Part shown: piece after piece, positions 47,824-56,999 of the stretch | How positions within the stretch are numbered: the stretch's first letter is position 1 | Layout of the letters: every line of letters starts with the position of its first letter | From: an uncultured bacterium | GTDB taxonomy: Bacteria > Hydrothermota > Hydrothermia > B15-G9 > WFZT01 | Assembly (NCBI GenBank): GCA_964571845.1 | Contig: CAZNDM010000087.1 | Coordinates: 16,376-80,375, forward strand | Direction of reading: 5' to 3' | DNA length: 64,000 nt | Notes under the pieces: model-generated | What the model saw: only the letters and a program-made list of their open reading frames with translations | The model's database searches: none | Told to the model about the DNA's origin: nothing | Made by a program: the position numbers and the translations under genes

Positions 47824-49072
47824 TTTCTTTCTCCTTCAGGACTTTAAAGCCCCCTCTCTTTTCAATCTCACCGAGGAGATGACCAAGCTTATCCCTTTTT
47901 ACCTTTAAATAAAACAGGTTCACATCATTGGGCTCGATGATAAGTGGAACTCTCTCAACCACCTTCAGTCCATACCCTTCGAGCCCCACAATCTTCCTGG
48001 GATTGTTTGTAATCAGCCTGATGGTTGAGAGACCGAGATCAACAAGGATCTGAGCCCCTATGCCATAGTCCCTGAGATCAGGCGGAAATCCGAGCTTTTC
48101 GTTGGCTTCAACCGTATCATATCCCATGTCCTGAAGCTCGTAGGCTTTGAGTTTATTCACAAGTCCGATCCCTCTTCCCTCCTGTCTCATGTAAAGGAGC
48201 ACACCCAGCCCTTCCCGGTCAATCATCTGCATGGCAGTGTGCAACTGATCTCCACAGTCACATCTTAAAGAGCCAAAGACATCTCCGGTCAAACATTCGC
48301 TGTGAACCCTGACAAGAACATTTTGCTTGCCTCTCACATCACCTTTAACAAGTGCAACATGAACTTCACCTGTGATAATGTCCTGGTAAGCATGGAGTCT
48401 GAAGTGTCCGTATTTTGTTGGAAGATTTGTCTCCGCAACTTTCTTGATGAGCTTTTCCCTCTGAATCCTGTATCTGATGAGGTCCCTGATACTGATGATC
48501 TTCATGTTAAACTTCTTTGCAAGCTCAATAAGCTTCGGCAATCGGGCCATGTGGCCATCGTCGTCGAGGATCTCACAGAGCACCCCGGCTGGTTTCAAAC
48601 CTGCGAGTCTTGCAAGGTCTATTGACGCCTCGGTGTGACCCGCTCTTCTCAAAACACCACCCTCTTTACCCATCAATGTGTACACATGACCGGGGCGTGC
48701 AAAATCATCAGGACCCTTTGACGGATCCACTGCCTGCAGGATAGTTATCGCTCTATCAAACGCCGAAGATCCTGTGGTCGTCCCTTTCTTTGCATCTATG
48801 GGTACACCAAAATTCGTCCCATGTTTCGATGTATTTGTCAGTGGCATCTCCAGCTCAAGCTCGTGGAACCTCTTCTCGTCAAGTGCAAGACATATCAATC
48901 CTCTGCCATGAGTCGCCATAAAGTTTATGATCTCCGGGGTTATCTTCTCAGCCGCTGCGATAAAATCTCCCTCATTCTCCCGATCTTCATCATCCACAAC
49001 TATGACCATCTTCCCTCTCTTTATATCCTCTATTGCCTCTTCAATCGGCGAAAAAATCTTTTCTTTCTCCAT
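47816..49072 (-). CDS. ribBA: Bifunctional 3,4-dihydroxy-2-butanone-4-phosphate synthase / GTP cyclohydrolase II
   Basis: 418 aa. A RibB N-half ([10 protein letters not shown]) and a RibA C-half with the CxxC zinc motif ([17 protein letters not shown]). It overlaps ribH by 8 nt. Confidence 0.9.
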   Translation of the reverse strand: MEKEKIFSPIEEAIEDIKRGKMVIVVDDEDRENEGDFIAAAEKITPEIINFMATHGRGLICLALDEKRFHELELEMPLTNTSKHGTNFGVPIDAKKGTTTGSSAFDRAITILQAVDPSKGPDDFARPGHVYTLMGKEGGVLRRAGHTEASIDLARLAGLKPAGVLCEILDDDGHMARLPKLIELAKKFNMKIISIRDLIRYRIQREKLIKKVAETNLPTKYGHFRLHAYQDIITGEVHVALVKGDVRGKQNVLVRVHSECLTGDVFGSLRCDCGDQLHTAMQMIDREGLGVLLYMRQEGRGIGLVNKLKAYELQDMGYDTVEANEKLGFPPDLRDYGIGAQILVDLGLSTIRLITNNPRKIVGLEGYGLKVVERVPLIIEPNDVNLFYLKVKRDKLGHLLGEIEKRGGFKVLKEKENG

Positions 49073-49202
49073 TATCCAATCCTCGTTCTGGTTTTTTAAA
49101 ATTATACTTCATTGTGGATTTTTTCTCAAAAATGCAGTTACAGAGAGATTAGCCAGAATGAAAAGGCTTCCTGCAAAGCTGTCTCGATTCCTCTGAATAT
49201 GC

Positions 49203-50408
49203 TCAGAAGTTTCTCTCTCGTTCCGTGAGTCTAAAAATTTCCTCCATCATTTTTCTGTAAGCGTCTCGAAGATCAACTTTTCTCCTCGCCATAACCCGCC
49301 TGGCCGTCTCTATGGCTTTATCGAGCCTGTAGGTAACAAATCCGCCACTTCCGCCCCAGGCAAACGAAGGGATAAATTTCGGAGGGAAATCTCCACCGTA
49401 AACATTACTTGAGAAGCCCACAACCGTGCCGGTATTAAACATCGTATTAATCCCGCTCTTCGAATGGTCCCCCATCATCAGTCCCACAAACATCTCGCCC
49501 GTGTTGACCCACTCGCCATCAATGAATATCTTCACACTGGAATAATTATTTTTTAGATCACTGTTGTTCGTATCAGCACCAAGATTAACCCACTCACCAA
49601 GATACGCATGACCGAGAAATCCATCGTGCTGCTTATTGGAAAATCCCTGAATCACTGACTCTTCGACCTCGCCACCCACCTTGCAAACTGGTCCTATACT
49701 CGTGCCTTCGTAGATCTTCGCCCCCACTTTTATCCGTGACTTCCTGCCTATATAAACTGGTCCAATAACTGTTGCATTGGGCATAATAACCGCATCTCTA
49801 TCGATCACAATGGGTCCCTCAAGCCCATCGAGCACAACTCCGGGATAAACAGTTGCTCCCTCCTCGATCACCACATGACCAAGAATGTGCACACCGTCAA
49901 ATACCTTGCCTCTCACTCCTTCTTCAAAATACCTCGAATCATTAACAATTTCACCAGAATTGGCATGAACGAGCTCGTAAAGATAGGTAAAGGTTTTCAC
50001 ACTCCCCATTTCCCTCTCATTCAGAGCTTTGCACCCGGAGAAGACACCTTCGTCATCAAAAAAGCCGTCAACTGACTCCACCCTGCAAGCAAGAATTTCT
50101 CCATTTTTCGTAATCGCTTCTCCAGTTTTTAACGAATTAATGAGCTCTACAAATTGGGAATCCGGTATAACCCTTGAGTTGACAAGTACAACATCCCTGA
50201 TTCCATAGTCATTGACCTGATAATCGGGAAAGTTTTCTCTAACAACCTCCTCGAGATACTTACGCGTGAAAAGAGCGGGTTTTCCCGTTAGTTTCTCGTA
50301 TTTCTCAAATATCCTGAAAATTCCCACTCTCAGCTCCCAGACAGGGTGGCTGAGGCTCAACGGATACAACTTTCTCCATTTTTGATCTTCAAACAACGCT
50401 ATCATCAT
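49203..50408 (-). CDS. Left-handed beta-helix (hexapeptide-repeat) protein, putative sugar nucleotidyltransferase/acyltransferase of the 'alternative GlmU-like' type
   Basis: C-terminal hexapeptide repeats (VIGPVYIGRKSRIKVGAKIYEGTSIGPVCKVGG). It sits adjacent to nagB and overlaps it. The ATG at 50406-50408 is my preferred start (there are also ATGs at 50414 and 50405); the track start at 50426 is a TTG. Confidence 0.45.
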   Translation of the reverse strand: MMIALFEDQKWRKLYPLSLSHPVWELRVGIFRIFEKYEKLTGKPALFTRKYLEEVVRENFPDYQVNDYGIRDVVLVNSRVIPDSQFVELINSLKTGEAITKNGEILACRVESVDGFFDDEGVFSGCKALNEREMGSVKTFTYLYELVHANSGEIVNDSRYFEEGVRGKVFDGVHILGHVVIEEGATVYPGVVLDGLEGPIVIDRDAVIMPNATVIGPVYIGRKSRIKVGAKIYEGTSIGPVCKVGGEVEESVIQGFSNKQHDGFLGHAYLGEWVNLGADTNNSDLKNNYSSVKIFIDGEWVNTGEMFVGLMMGDHSKSGINTMFNTGTVVGFSSNVYGGDFPPKFIPSFAWGGSGGFVTYRLDKAIETARRVMARRKVDLRDAYRKMMEEIFRLTERERNF

Positions 50409-51150
50409 ACTCATACTCCCTTTCAAGTAAAGATGCTGCCTCCTGATCCAGAACCAGAATGGCTTTCGGATGAAGCTGCATAATCGAGGCAGGGACCATC
50501 GCTGTTATGGGTCCCTCCACTGTCTTCTTAACTGCTTCTGCCTTTTTCTTCCCTGAGGCAAGAAGTAGTAACATTCTTGCCTCCATAATTGTCCCCACAC
50601 CCATGGTTATCGCCTGTCTTGGAACTTTGTTTACATCACCGCCAAAAAATCTTGCATTGTCCTCTATCGTCTCTTTTGCAAGTGTTTTTATCCTTGTCCT
50701 TGAGCCAAGCGAGGAGCCCGGTTCGTTGAATCCGATGTGTCCATCTCTCCCAATACCGAGAATCTGAAGGTCTATGCCACCGAATTTCTTTATTCTCTCC
50801 TCATACCACTGACAGTAAGCCTCAACATCCGGGACTGTTCCATCCGGTATATGGACATTTGAAGGATTAACATTGATGTGTTTGAATAGATTTTCCCACA
50901 TAAATGTGTGATAGCTCTGGGGATGATCTTTTGGAAGTCCTATGTATTCATCAAGGTTAAAAGTTACTATCTTCGAGAAATCGAGCCCTTCTTCCCGGTG
51001 CATTCTGATGAGTTCCTTGTAAAGACCGATTGGGGTAGAACCTGTGGCGAATCCAATGACAGCGTCTGGCTTTCTCTCAATAAGTTCTCTGACAAACTGC
51101 GCCGCCCTCCTGGACATTGAATCATAGTCTCTGGTAATGATCACTCTCAT
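50389..51150 (-). CDS. nagB: Glucosamine-6-phosphate deaminase
   Basis: 253 aa. NagB motifs (GSTP, LDEY, GIGRDGHIGFNEPGSS). The ATG at 51148-51150 is verified, with a GGAGGTGA ribosome-binding site. Confidence 0.9.
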   Translation of the reverse strand: MRVIITRDYDSMSRRAAQFVRELIERKPDAVIGFATGSTPIGLYKELIRMHREEGLDFSKIVTFNLDEYIGLPKDHPQSYHTFMWENLFKHINVNPSNVHIPDGTVPDVEAYCQWYEERIKKFGGIDLQILGIGRDGHIGFNEPGSSLGSRTRIKTLAKETIEDNARFFGGDVNKVPRQAITMGVGTIMEARMLLLLASGKKKAEAVKKTVEGPITAMVPASIMQLHPKAILVLDQEAASLLEREYEYDDSVV

Positions 51151-51199
51151 GGTCTCACCTCCGCTCTCGGATTTTAATTATTCTCTATTTTGCAAATTG

Positions 51200-51736
51200 T
51201 CAAGAAGACCTGCGGATCATGCTGGCTGGGCACCTATCCCTCATCTTGCATGTCTTACATGAAACTTTGTGGAAATACACAACAAATGGTGTCATCATGG
51301 TGAAAAGAATCCACAGAAGAAGTACCCTCCTGTCCACAACAATAGCAAAAATACCAAGTATTAATGGCAGTAGAGTCCCTATCCCCCATGTCAACCCTGC
51401 AAGCTTTATCCCGAGATCATAATCCCCGCTTTTCTCCCGAAAAAATAGTGATGAAAGTTTACCCCATCCTGTCGAGCACCACCTGCCATAGTAATAACAA
51501 TGTGTACAGAGATGTTTTCTCAGTACAAAAACGAGCATCACATAGAGAAACAATAAATACACGGCTGCGACAAGTGGAAAGCCAGAAATCTTTAAAGGAC
51601 TCATCACAAAATATCCAACCAAAAAGTAAACAATAAAGAGGACATTTTGCCCCACAATCCACCACCAGGGATAACTTTCATAGATTTTCATTTGTAATCC
51701 TCCACATTTTTTATTAGAATTATACGGATTTTCCAA
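51200..51736 (-). CDS. Cys-rich integral membrane protein (four transmembrane helices; CTHCYYYGRWC and CKTCKMRDRC motifs)
   Basis: 178 aa with hydrophobic helices. Two CxxC-containing clusters are predicted on the same face, suggesting metal or disulfide chemistry. The start may instead be the internal Met at MKIYESYPWWW. Confidence 0.4.
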   Translation of the reverse strand: MENPYNSNKKCGGLQMKIYESYPWWWIVGQNVLFIVYFLVGYFVMSPLKISGFPLVAAVYLLFLYVMLVFVLRKHLCTHCYYYGRWCSTGWGKLSSLFFREKSGDYDLGIKLAGLTWGIGTLLPLILGIFAIVVDRRVLLLWILFTMMTPFVVYFHKVSCKTCKMRDRCPASMIRRSS

Positions 51737-51750
51737 TTCGGAGGAAAGAC

Positions 51751-53097
51751 ATGATTTTACTTAAAAATTGCAAATATATTGCCACATTTGACGACAGCGG
51801 CACCGAGCTGGTTGATCATGACATTCTTATCGATGGAAATGTTATAAAAAGGATTGATAAAAACATTGAAGTCCAGGGAGAGACTATTGATTGCAGTCGC
51901 CACATCGTCATTCCTGGCCTCGTCAACACCCATCATCATTTCTTTCAGATATTAACGAGAAATCTCAAGGGTGCCCAGAATGCAAAGTTGTTTGACTGGC
52001 TCGTTTACCATTATCCCATCTGGAAAAATATCGATGAAGAGGCAATCTACTATTCCACAAAACTGGCAATCGTTGAGCTGATGAAAACGGGGACGACAAC
52101 CACATCGGATCATCATTACCTCTATCCTGCAGGTGTTTCAGGTGATGTGATGTCCATTCAGATAAATGCGGCAAAGGAGCTTGGTATCAGATTTGCACCC
52201 ACCCGTGGATCCATGACAATGGGAGTAAAACAGGGCGGTTTGCCACCTGAGGAACTCGTTGAACCTGACGACAGGGTCATCAAAGACATGCAGAGGGTAA
52301 TAGAAGACTTCCACGACCCATCAGATTTCTCAATGACCCGCATTATTCTCGCTCCATGCAGTCCCTTCAATGTTACCCTCGACCTTATGAAGGAAACAGA
52401 GAAACTTGCCCGTTCCTACGGCGTATTTTTACACACCCATCTTGCAGAAACCCTTGATGAGGAAGAGTATTGCCAGGAAAAATACGGGAAAAGACCCCTT
52501 GCCCTTATGGAAGAATTGAACTGGCTTGGTCCCGATGTCTTTTTTGCACACGGTATATGGTTTAATGACGATGAACTTACGCTCCTGAAGGACACGAAAA
52601 CCGGAGTCTCCCACTGCCCATCTTCCAATATGAGACTCGGCTCTGGGATTGCAAGGATTAGAGAAATGATCGATATGGGCATCAGAGTAGGCCTCGCTGT
52701 TGATGGATCAGCGTCCAATGACTCATCTGACATGATTGGTGAAGTGCGTAACGCACTGCTTCTCCAGCGGGTAAAGTACGGACCTGGTGGACTTACGGCA
52801 AGGGAAGCCCTCCAGATTGCCACACGGGGTGGCGCAAGTTTGCTCGGTTTTGACAAAATCGGACAGATTAAGGAAGGTTTTGCCGCTGACCTCGCTCTCT
52901 TTGACCTAAGCCGTCTCCAGCATGCAGGCAGCCTTAATGATCCCGTTGCCTCCATCATCTTTACTGGCTTCAACCATGAGGTGGATTACTTAATCATCAA
53001 CGGAAAGGTACGCGTGAAAAACGGCAGGGTCACAGGTATAGACGAAGAAGAGCTCACAAACAGGGTAAATGAGATTTCAAAAAAACTGGTTGAATAA
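51751..53097 (+). CDS. Amidohydrolase-superfamily deaminase/chlorohydrolase (guanine/8-oxoguanine deaminase, SsnA/MtaD-like)
   Basis: 448 aa. Metal-ligand pattern HHH near the N-terminus (LVNTHHHFFQ), then HTHLAET and AVDGSASND with the C-terminal Asp. The sequence resembles MtaD/8-oxoguanine deaminase. Confidence 0.65.
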   Translation: MILLKNCKYIATFDDSGTELVDHDILIDGNVIKRIDKNIEVQGETIDCSRHIVIPGLVNTHHHFFQILTRNLKGAQNAKLFDWLVYHYPIWKNIDEEAIYYSTKLAIVELMKTGTTTTSDHHYLYPAGVSGDVMSIQINAAKELGIRFAPTRGSMTMGVKQGGLPPEELVEPDDRVIKDMQRVIEDFHDPSDFSMTRIILAPCSPFNVTLDLMKETEKLARSYGVFLHTHLAETLDEEEYCQEKYGKRPLALMEELNWLGPDVFFAHGIWFNDDELTLLKDTKTGVSHCPSSNMRLGSGIARIREMIDMGIRVGLAVDGSASNDSSDMIGEVRNALLLQRVKYGPGGLTAREALQIATRGGASLLGFDKIGQIKEGFAADLALFDLSRLQHAGSLNDPVASIIFTGFNHEVDYLIINGKVRVKNGRVTGIDEEELTNRVNEISKKLVE

Positions 53098-53204
53098 TCA
53101 GACTGCCACAGAAAAAAGCAAACTACCACGAACTGTTGATTTCAACTTTAATAAGGTTTAAACCGTTAACCAAGGTGGTTTTCAAAACACCTGTTATATT
53201 TGAT

Positions 53205-53233
53205 TGACAAGTTGTAAAAGGTCAATGTAAAAT
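53205..53233 (+). promoter_or_regulatory. Sigma-70-like promoter TTGACA, 17-nt spacer, TAAAAT
   Basis: TTGACA at 53205-53210, a 17-nt spacer, TAAAAT at 53228-53233. The GGAGG ribosome-binding site is at 53251-53255 and the ATG at 53262. Confidence 0.5.
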
Positions 53234-53261
53234 GACCTGCAACATAAAAAGGAGGTAATCT

Positions 53262-55412
53262 ATGTGGCGTAAGTTGTTGGTAGTAACACTTGTGCTGGCA
53301 GTTGCCGGCATAAGTAAAGCAGAAGTAAAGAGTGTAAAAAGGGCAGTAATAACAAGCGCCAGAAGTGCTGACAACTGGACACCAGGGAGCCATGGAGTAC
53401 TACCTGAGGGTCAGGCTAAAGGTGACACACTTTATTACTATACCTCTGTTGATAACGACGCAATTGGATTAACAAATGGTGGGACATACCAGGCAGCAAT
53501 TAAGCTCACCCCAACAGAGCTCGGTCAGTATGGAGGGTGGTCAGTAACACAGGTTCTCTTTTATCATCACGAGTCAGGTACACATTCAGGACAGGTAATT
53601 GTTTATGCCGCAGGTACAGATACAACGCCAGGCGACATTCTTGCAACAGCGCCATACACGGCAACTGGTAACGGGTGGGTCGTTGTGGACCTCCCGGTGC
53701 CTGGTGTTATGATTGATCCTGCAAGTGACCTCTGGATCGCTGTCGAGGTAACTCACGCTCAGGGCGAATACCCGATCTCAGTTGACGCTGGACCAGCAGT
53801 TGCTGGCAAGGGCGACTGGGTCTATGCCCCGGGCGCCATTCCGTGGGCAGAACTCATTGATTATGGTTTAAACTACAACTGGAATATTGCAGCAGTCGTC
53901 GAGCAGGCAGGCGATTCTCTCGATCCTCTACCCCCAACAGATCTTACAGCTTACTCTGACTACACAATGCCCACATCCATGGCTGTCTCCTGGACAGATC
54001 CTTCACACTACTTCGGTGGAGACACTTTAACTGACTTCTATATCGAGATCTGGGTTGCCGGTGGAAAAGACACGACATTTGCTGACTCAGTACCAGCAGG
54101 CACGCAGGCTGACACTATCTCTGGACTGACAGACGGCACCCTCTACACAATTCTCTTAAGAGCCGTCGATGCCAACGATTCAGCCAGCCCATTTGTTAGC
54201 ACAACATGGTATGCTGGCGGTTCACCATATCCCGCACCCCCGCAGAATCTCGTTGCAAATGTTGTTGATGAAAGCCATGTCGAATTAACATGGATTAACC
54301 CTGCAACCCAGGCTGATGGCACACCACTCGATGACCTTGCAGGTGTCAATATCTATGTTGACGGTTCCCTTGCATATACCCATCCCACGACAGCAGTGGG
54401 TATGCCCGAAGTTGACACAATAGAGGTTGTACCCGGAAGTCACAATATTTATGTAACCGCCTATGACAACGAGACACCGGTCCATGAGTCCGATCCTTCC
54501 AACCAGGTCCATGTGGTCACCAATGTTCACGCAGGGGGACCTGATGGATATGGATATATTTTCAGAGATTCGGATTATCCCGGTGGCCCAACATTCAACT
54601 GGATTGACATCACACAGGTGGGAACACCCCATTCACTTGGTGATGACGATAATGTCCTTGTTCAGCTCCCGGCTCCTTTCCCCTTCTACGGCCAGAATCT
54701 CACCCAGCTCTACATCGTGTCTAATGGATTTTTATCCACGGACAACACTACTGAGTTCAGCAATGATTCTCTACCAACGGATGACCCAGTAAACCTGATT
54801 GCTCCTTTCTGGGATGATTTGAATCCATCTTCTGGCGGAATGATTTATTCATACCACGATACCACAAATAATGCCTTCATAGTGGAATGGTATCAGGTAC
54901 CTCATTATGGTAGTGGTGGTCCTTATACCTTTGAAGTGATCCTTTACTTCAACACAGGTGACATCCTCTGTCAGTACCTCGATCTTGATGAGGGACGCGT
55001 AAACTCTGCTACCATAGGAATTCAGGCAAATCAGGGTGCAAATAACTATTATCTCCTCTATACATACAATGGAAATCCTCTTGAGCCCCATGACAGTCTT
55101 GCTCTCCTCTTTACCTATCAGACGAGTGTCGGCGAGGACAACAATGTGGGTAAGTACATGCTGATGGGTACGGCAACAAATCCTGTGAGAGGATTTTCAA
55201 CAATAACATTCGCCGTTCCCAGGTCTGGAAATGTGAATCTTTCACTTTACGACATCATGGGTAGAAAGGTAAAAGACATTTTCAGCGGCAGAGTGAACGC
55301 AGGTAAGCATACAGTGAGATTTGACGCAACCGGTCTTGCAGGCGGAGTTTACTTTGTGAAGATGGTGGCTGGAGATTACACAGGTGTGGCAAAGGTTCTT
55401 GTTGTGAAGTAA
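53262..55412 (+). CDS. Secreted T9SS cargo protein with fibronectin-III-like domains and a T9SS C-terminal sorting domain
   Basis: 716 aa. Signal peptide LVVTLVLAVAGISKA. FN3-like segments (PPTDLTAY...WTDP; PAPPQNLVANVVDESHVELTWINP). The C-terminal sorting domain is NVNLSLYDIMGRKVKDIFSG...GGVYFVKMVAGDYTGVAKVLVVK. Codon usage is biased towards A-ending codons. Confidence 0.65.
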   Translation: MWRKLLVVTLVLAVAGISKAEVKSVKRAVITSARSADNWTPGSHGVLPEGQAKGDTLYYYTSVDNDAIGLTNGGTYQAAIKLTPTELGQYGGWSVTQVLFYHHESGTHSGQVIVYAAGTDTTPGDILATAPYTATGNGWVVVDLPVPGVMIDPASDLWIAVEVTHAQGEYPISVDAGPAVAGKGDWVYAPGAIPWAELIDYGLNYNWNIAAVVEQAGDSLDPLPPTDLTAYSDYTMPTSMAVSWTDPSHYFGGDTLTDFYIEIWVAGGKDTTFADSVPAGTQADTISGLTDGTLYTILLRAVDANDSASPFVSTTWYAGGSPYPAPPQNLVANVVDESHVELTWINPATQADGTPLDDLAGVNIYVDGSLAYTHPTTAVGMPEVDTIEVVPGSHNIYVTAYDNETPVHESDPSNQVHVVTNVHAGGPDGYGYIFRDSDYPGGPTFNWIDITQVGTPHSLGDDDNVLVQLPAPFPFYGQNLTQLYIVSNGFLSTDNTTEFSNDSLPTDDPVNLIAPFWDDLNPSSGGMIYSYHDTTNNAFIVEWYQVPHYGSGGPYTFEVILYFNTGDILCQYLDLDEGRVNSATIGIQANQGANNYYLLYTYNGNPLEPHDSLALLFTYQTSVGEDNNVGKYMLMGTATNPVRGFSTITFAVPRSGNVNLSLYDIMGRKVKDIFSGRVNAGKHTVRFDATGLAGGVYFVKMVAGDYTGVAKVLVVK

Positions 55413-55438
55413 GGGAAGTAGAAATTAAAGAAAATAAA

Positions 55439-55480
55439 GGGGGGCCGCGCCCGTACGGGCGCGGCCCCCCTTATTTTTTA
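55439..55480 (+). terminator. Rho-independent terminator: a 15-bp GC stem followed by a T-tract
   Basis: ggggggccgcgcccg ta cgggcgcggcccccc, then ttatttttta. It lies 27 nt after the stop of the 53262..55412 gene. Confidence 0.75.
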
Positions 55481-55987
55481 CACCCTTCCAAATCCATTTC
55501 TTACACTACTCGCAAATTTGAATTTGAAAAACGTCTTCTACTTTCATATGGTGAAATCTCACAAAGGCAGTAATAAAGCTGTCCCATAAAATTGCTCTGA
55601 ATGTAAGGGCAGATTTTTGACTTCCTCCCCACAGTAGCACAGGGAAAATCCTTACCATTTCCCTTGCACAAGAGGGGTATCCGGCGGAAGTTTCCACTGC
55701 CTATTCCGCAAACACATGTCCATGAGGGCTTCTACAATTCTCCCTCCCATAAACGGGAGATGGCAGGTGGATATTTCCATAAAGCAGTATTGGGTGGATA
55801 CCCACTCCTTACATCAGTCTCTTTAATGGGTGAGGAGGGGGTTCGAAAAAGCAATGTGATTTTTAACCTCACCCCGCAGTGTGTTAGCATTGTGGGGTGT
55901 TTTCCCAATGACCTTCTTCCTCACAAAGTTGGAAAGAACTGAGGAGGGGGAAAAATTATCGGAAAAAGCGGTGAATGTTTTTTTTCT

Positions 55988-56031
55988 GCCCTCCCCTTTA
56001 TCCCCTCCCGCAAAACGGGAGGGGAGGTTGT
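55988..56031. repeat. Copy B of the GC-rich hairpin repeat family: a perfect 10-bp stem TCCCCTCCCG, loop CAAAA, CGGGAGGGGA
   Basis: gccctcccctttatcccctcccgcaaaacgggaggggaggttgt. Confidence 0.55.
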
Positions 56032-56189
56032 GGGTGGACTCCCGCAAGACGGGCGGCGGCTGGAAGTGTCCTCATGCAGAGTGGTGGAGGTTTGGATGGA
56101 TTCTCTGACACATAGTTAGAGGTTGTAGGTAATCCCTTTTACTCGTGGGAAGTTAATCTTTCCGAATTTGCATGAGGGTAATGCAACCT

Positions 56190-56212
56190 CCCACGCCGCT
56201 TTGCGGCGTGGG
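56190..56212. repeat. Related GC hairpin CCCACGCCGC, loop TTT, GCGGCGTGGG (10-bp stem) that shares ccgctttgcgg with copy D
   Basis: cccacgccgctttgcggcgtggg. Confidence 0.5.
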
Positions 56213-56267
56213 GAAGGATTAAGGAGAGGGCAGAATGGGCCCAGGGAAAAGCAGGAGAGCTCTCTTC

Positions 56268-56333
56268 GCCCTCCCCTTTGTCCCCCCGAAAGCGGGAGGA
56301 GAGTTGAAAGCATCCCTCCCGCAGGCGGGGAGG
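56268..56333. repeat. Copy C of the hairpin repeat family, followed by a second hairpin CCCTCCCGC-ag-GCGGGGAGG
   Basis: gccctcccctttgtccccccgaaagcgggaggagagttgaaagcatccctcccgcaggcggggagg. It shares gccctccccttt(a/g)tcccc with copy B. Confidence 0.5.
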
Positions 56334-56624
56334 CAGCTGAAAGCGTTCCCTCTCATATAACAGTAGGGAAAGTTGAGTGTAATCTTTCCCACAAAATGGG
56401 ATTTCGAAATCAGGAGGGGAAATAAGGAATTTTTTTCCAGAGTGAAAGCGAAAATGATCAAAATATTTTTCGAACAGTCTCTTTGATGTACGGTGAAGGG
56501 AAATGCCACAATGCAGGGCGTTTCAGATGGGAAATTTTATAGACCCCCTTACTTCCAGCTGACTTAATATCACTTCCACAGTTCGTGCCACATCCATTAT
56601 AAAATTCCCAAAAAGGAGGTTGCC

Positions 56625-56999
56625 ATGCTCGTGAAAGATCTTAAATCCTGCCCCCAATTTGTTGCCGGTGATAGATCTTTGATCAGAGAAGTTCTTCACC
56701 CCAAGAACGACGGAATTGAATCCGGATTCAGTCTCGCACATGCAACAGTGAAAAAAGGAGGAAAGACTGTTCCCCACAGACTTAAAAAGAGCGTTGAAGT
56801 GTACTACATTCTGCAGGGAGAGGGACTCATGCACATAAACAACGAGGTCAAAATTGTGAGAGAAAATCAAGCCGTTTTCATACCACCCAATAGTCTTCAG
56901 TGGATTGAAAATACTGGCAATAAGGATCTTGTGTTCCTCTGTGTTGTAAGTCCCCCATGGTCTGAAGAGGACGAGGAAGTATTAGAAGGTGAGATCTAA
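56625..56999 (+). CDS. Cupin-domain protein
   Basis: 124 aa. Cupin motifs (H-rich G(X)5HXH-like region, ...VYYILQGEG...VFIPPNSLQWIEN). An AGGAGG ribosome-binding site lies 6 nt upstream. Confidence 0.6.
   Translation: MLVKDLKSCPQFVAGDRSLIREVLHPKNDGIESGFSLAHATVKKGGKTVPHRLKKSVEVYYILQGEGLMHINNEVKIVRENQAVFIPPNSLQWIENTGNKDLVFLCVVSPPWSEEDEEVLEGEI

Noticed and set aside
49073-49202. I expected an FMN (RFN) riboswitch upstream of ribBA
   Set aside because: The 130-nt spacer has none of the conserved RFN blocks (AGGGCGGGGCGAAATTCCCCACCGGCGG… or GATCCGGTGCAATTCCGG…).
55830-55850. A GGGGGTTCGAA motif resembling a tRNA or tmRNA T-loop
   Set aside because: No acceptor stem, anticodon arm or CCA context could be built around it, and TTCGAAAAA does not match the TTCGAATCC T-loop consensus.
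55664-56509. Small ORFs in the 1.15-kb non-coding region (55664..55942, 55881..56108, 56168..56425, 56219..56509)
   Set aside because: They have no ribosome-binding sites, mutually overlapping frames, and Gly/Arg/Pro-rich composition driven by the G/C hairpin repeats. I treat the region as non-coding.
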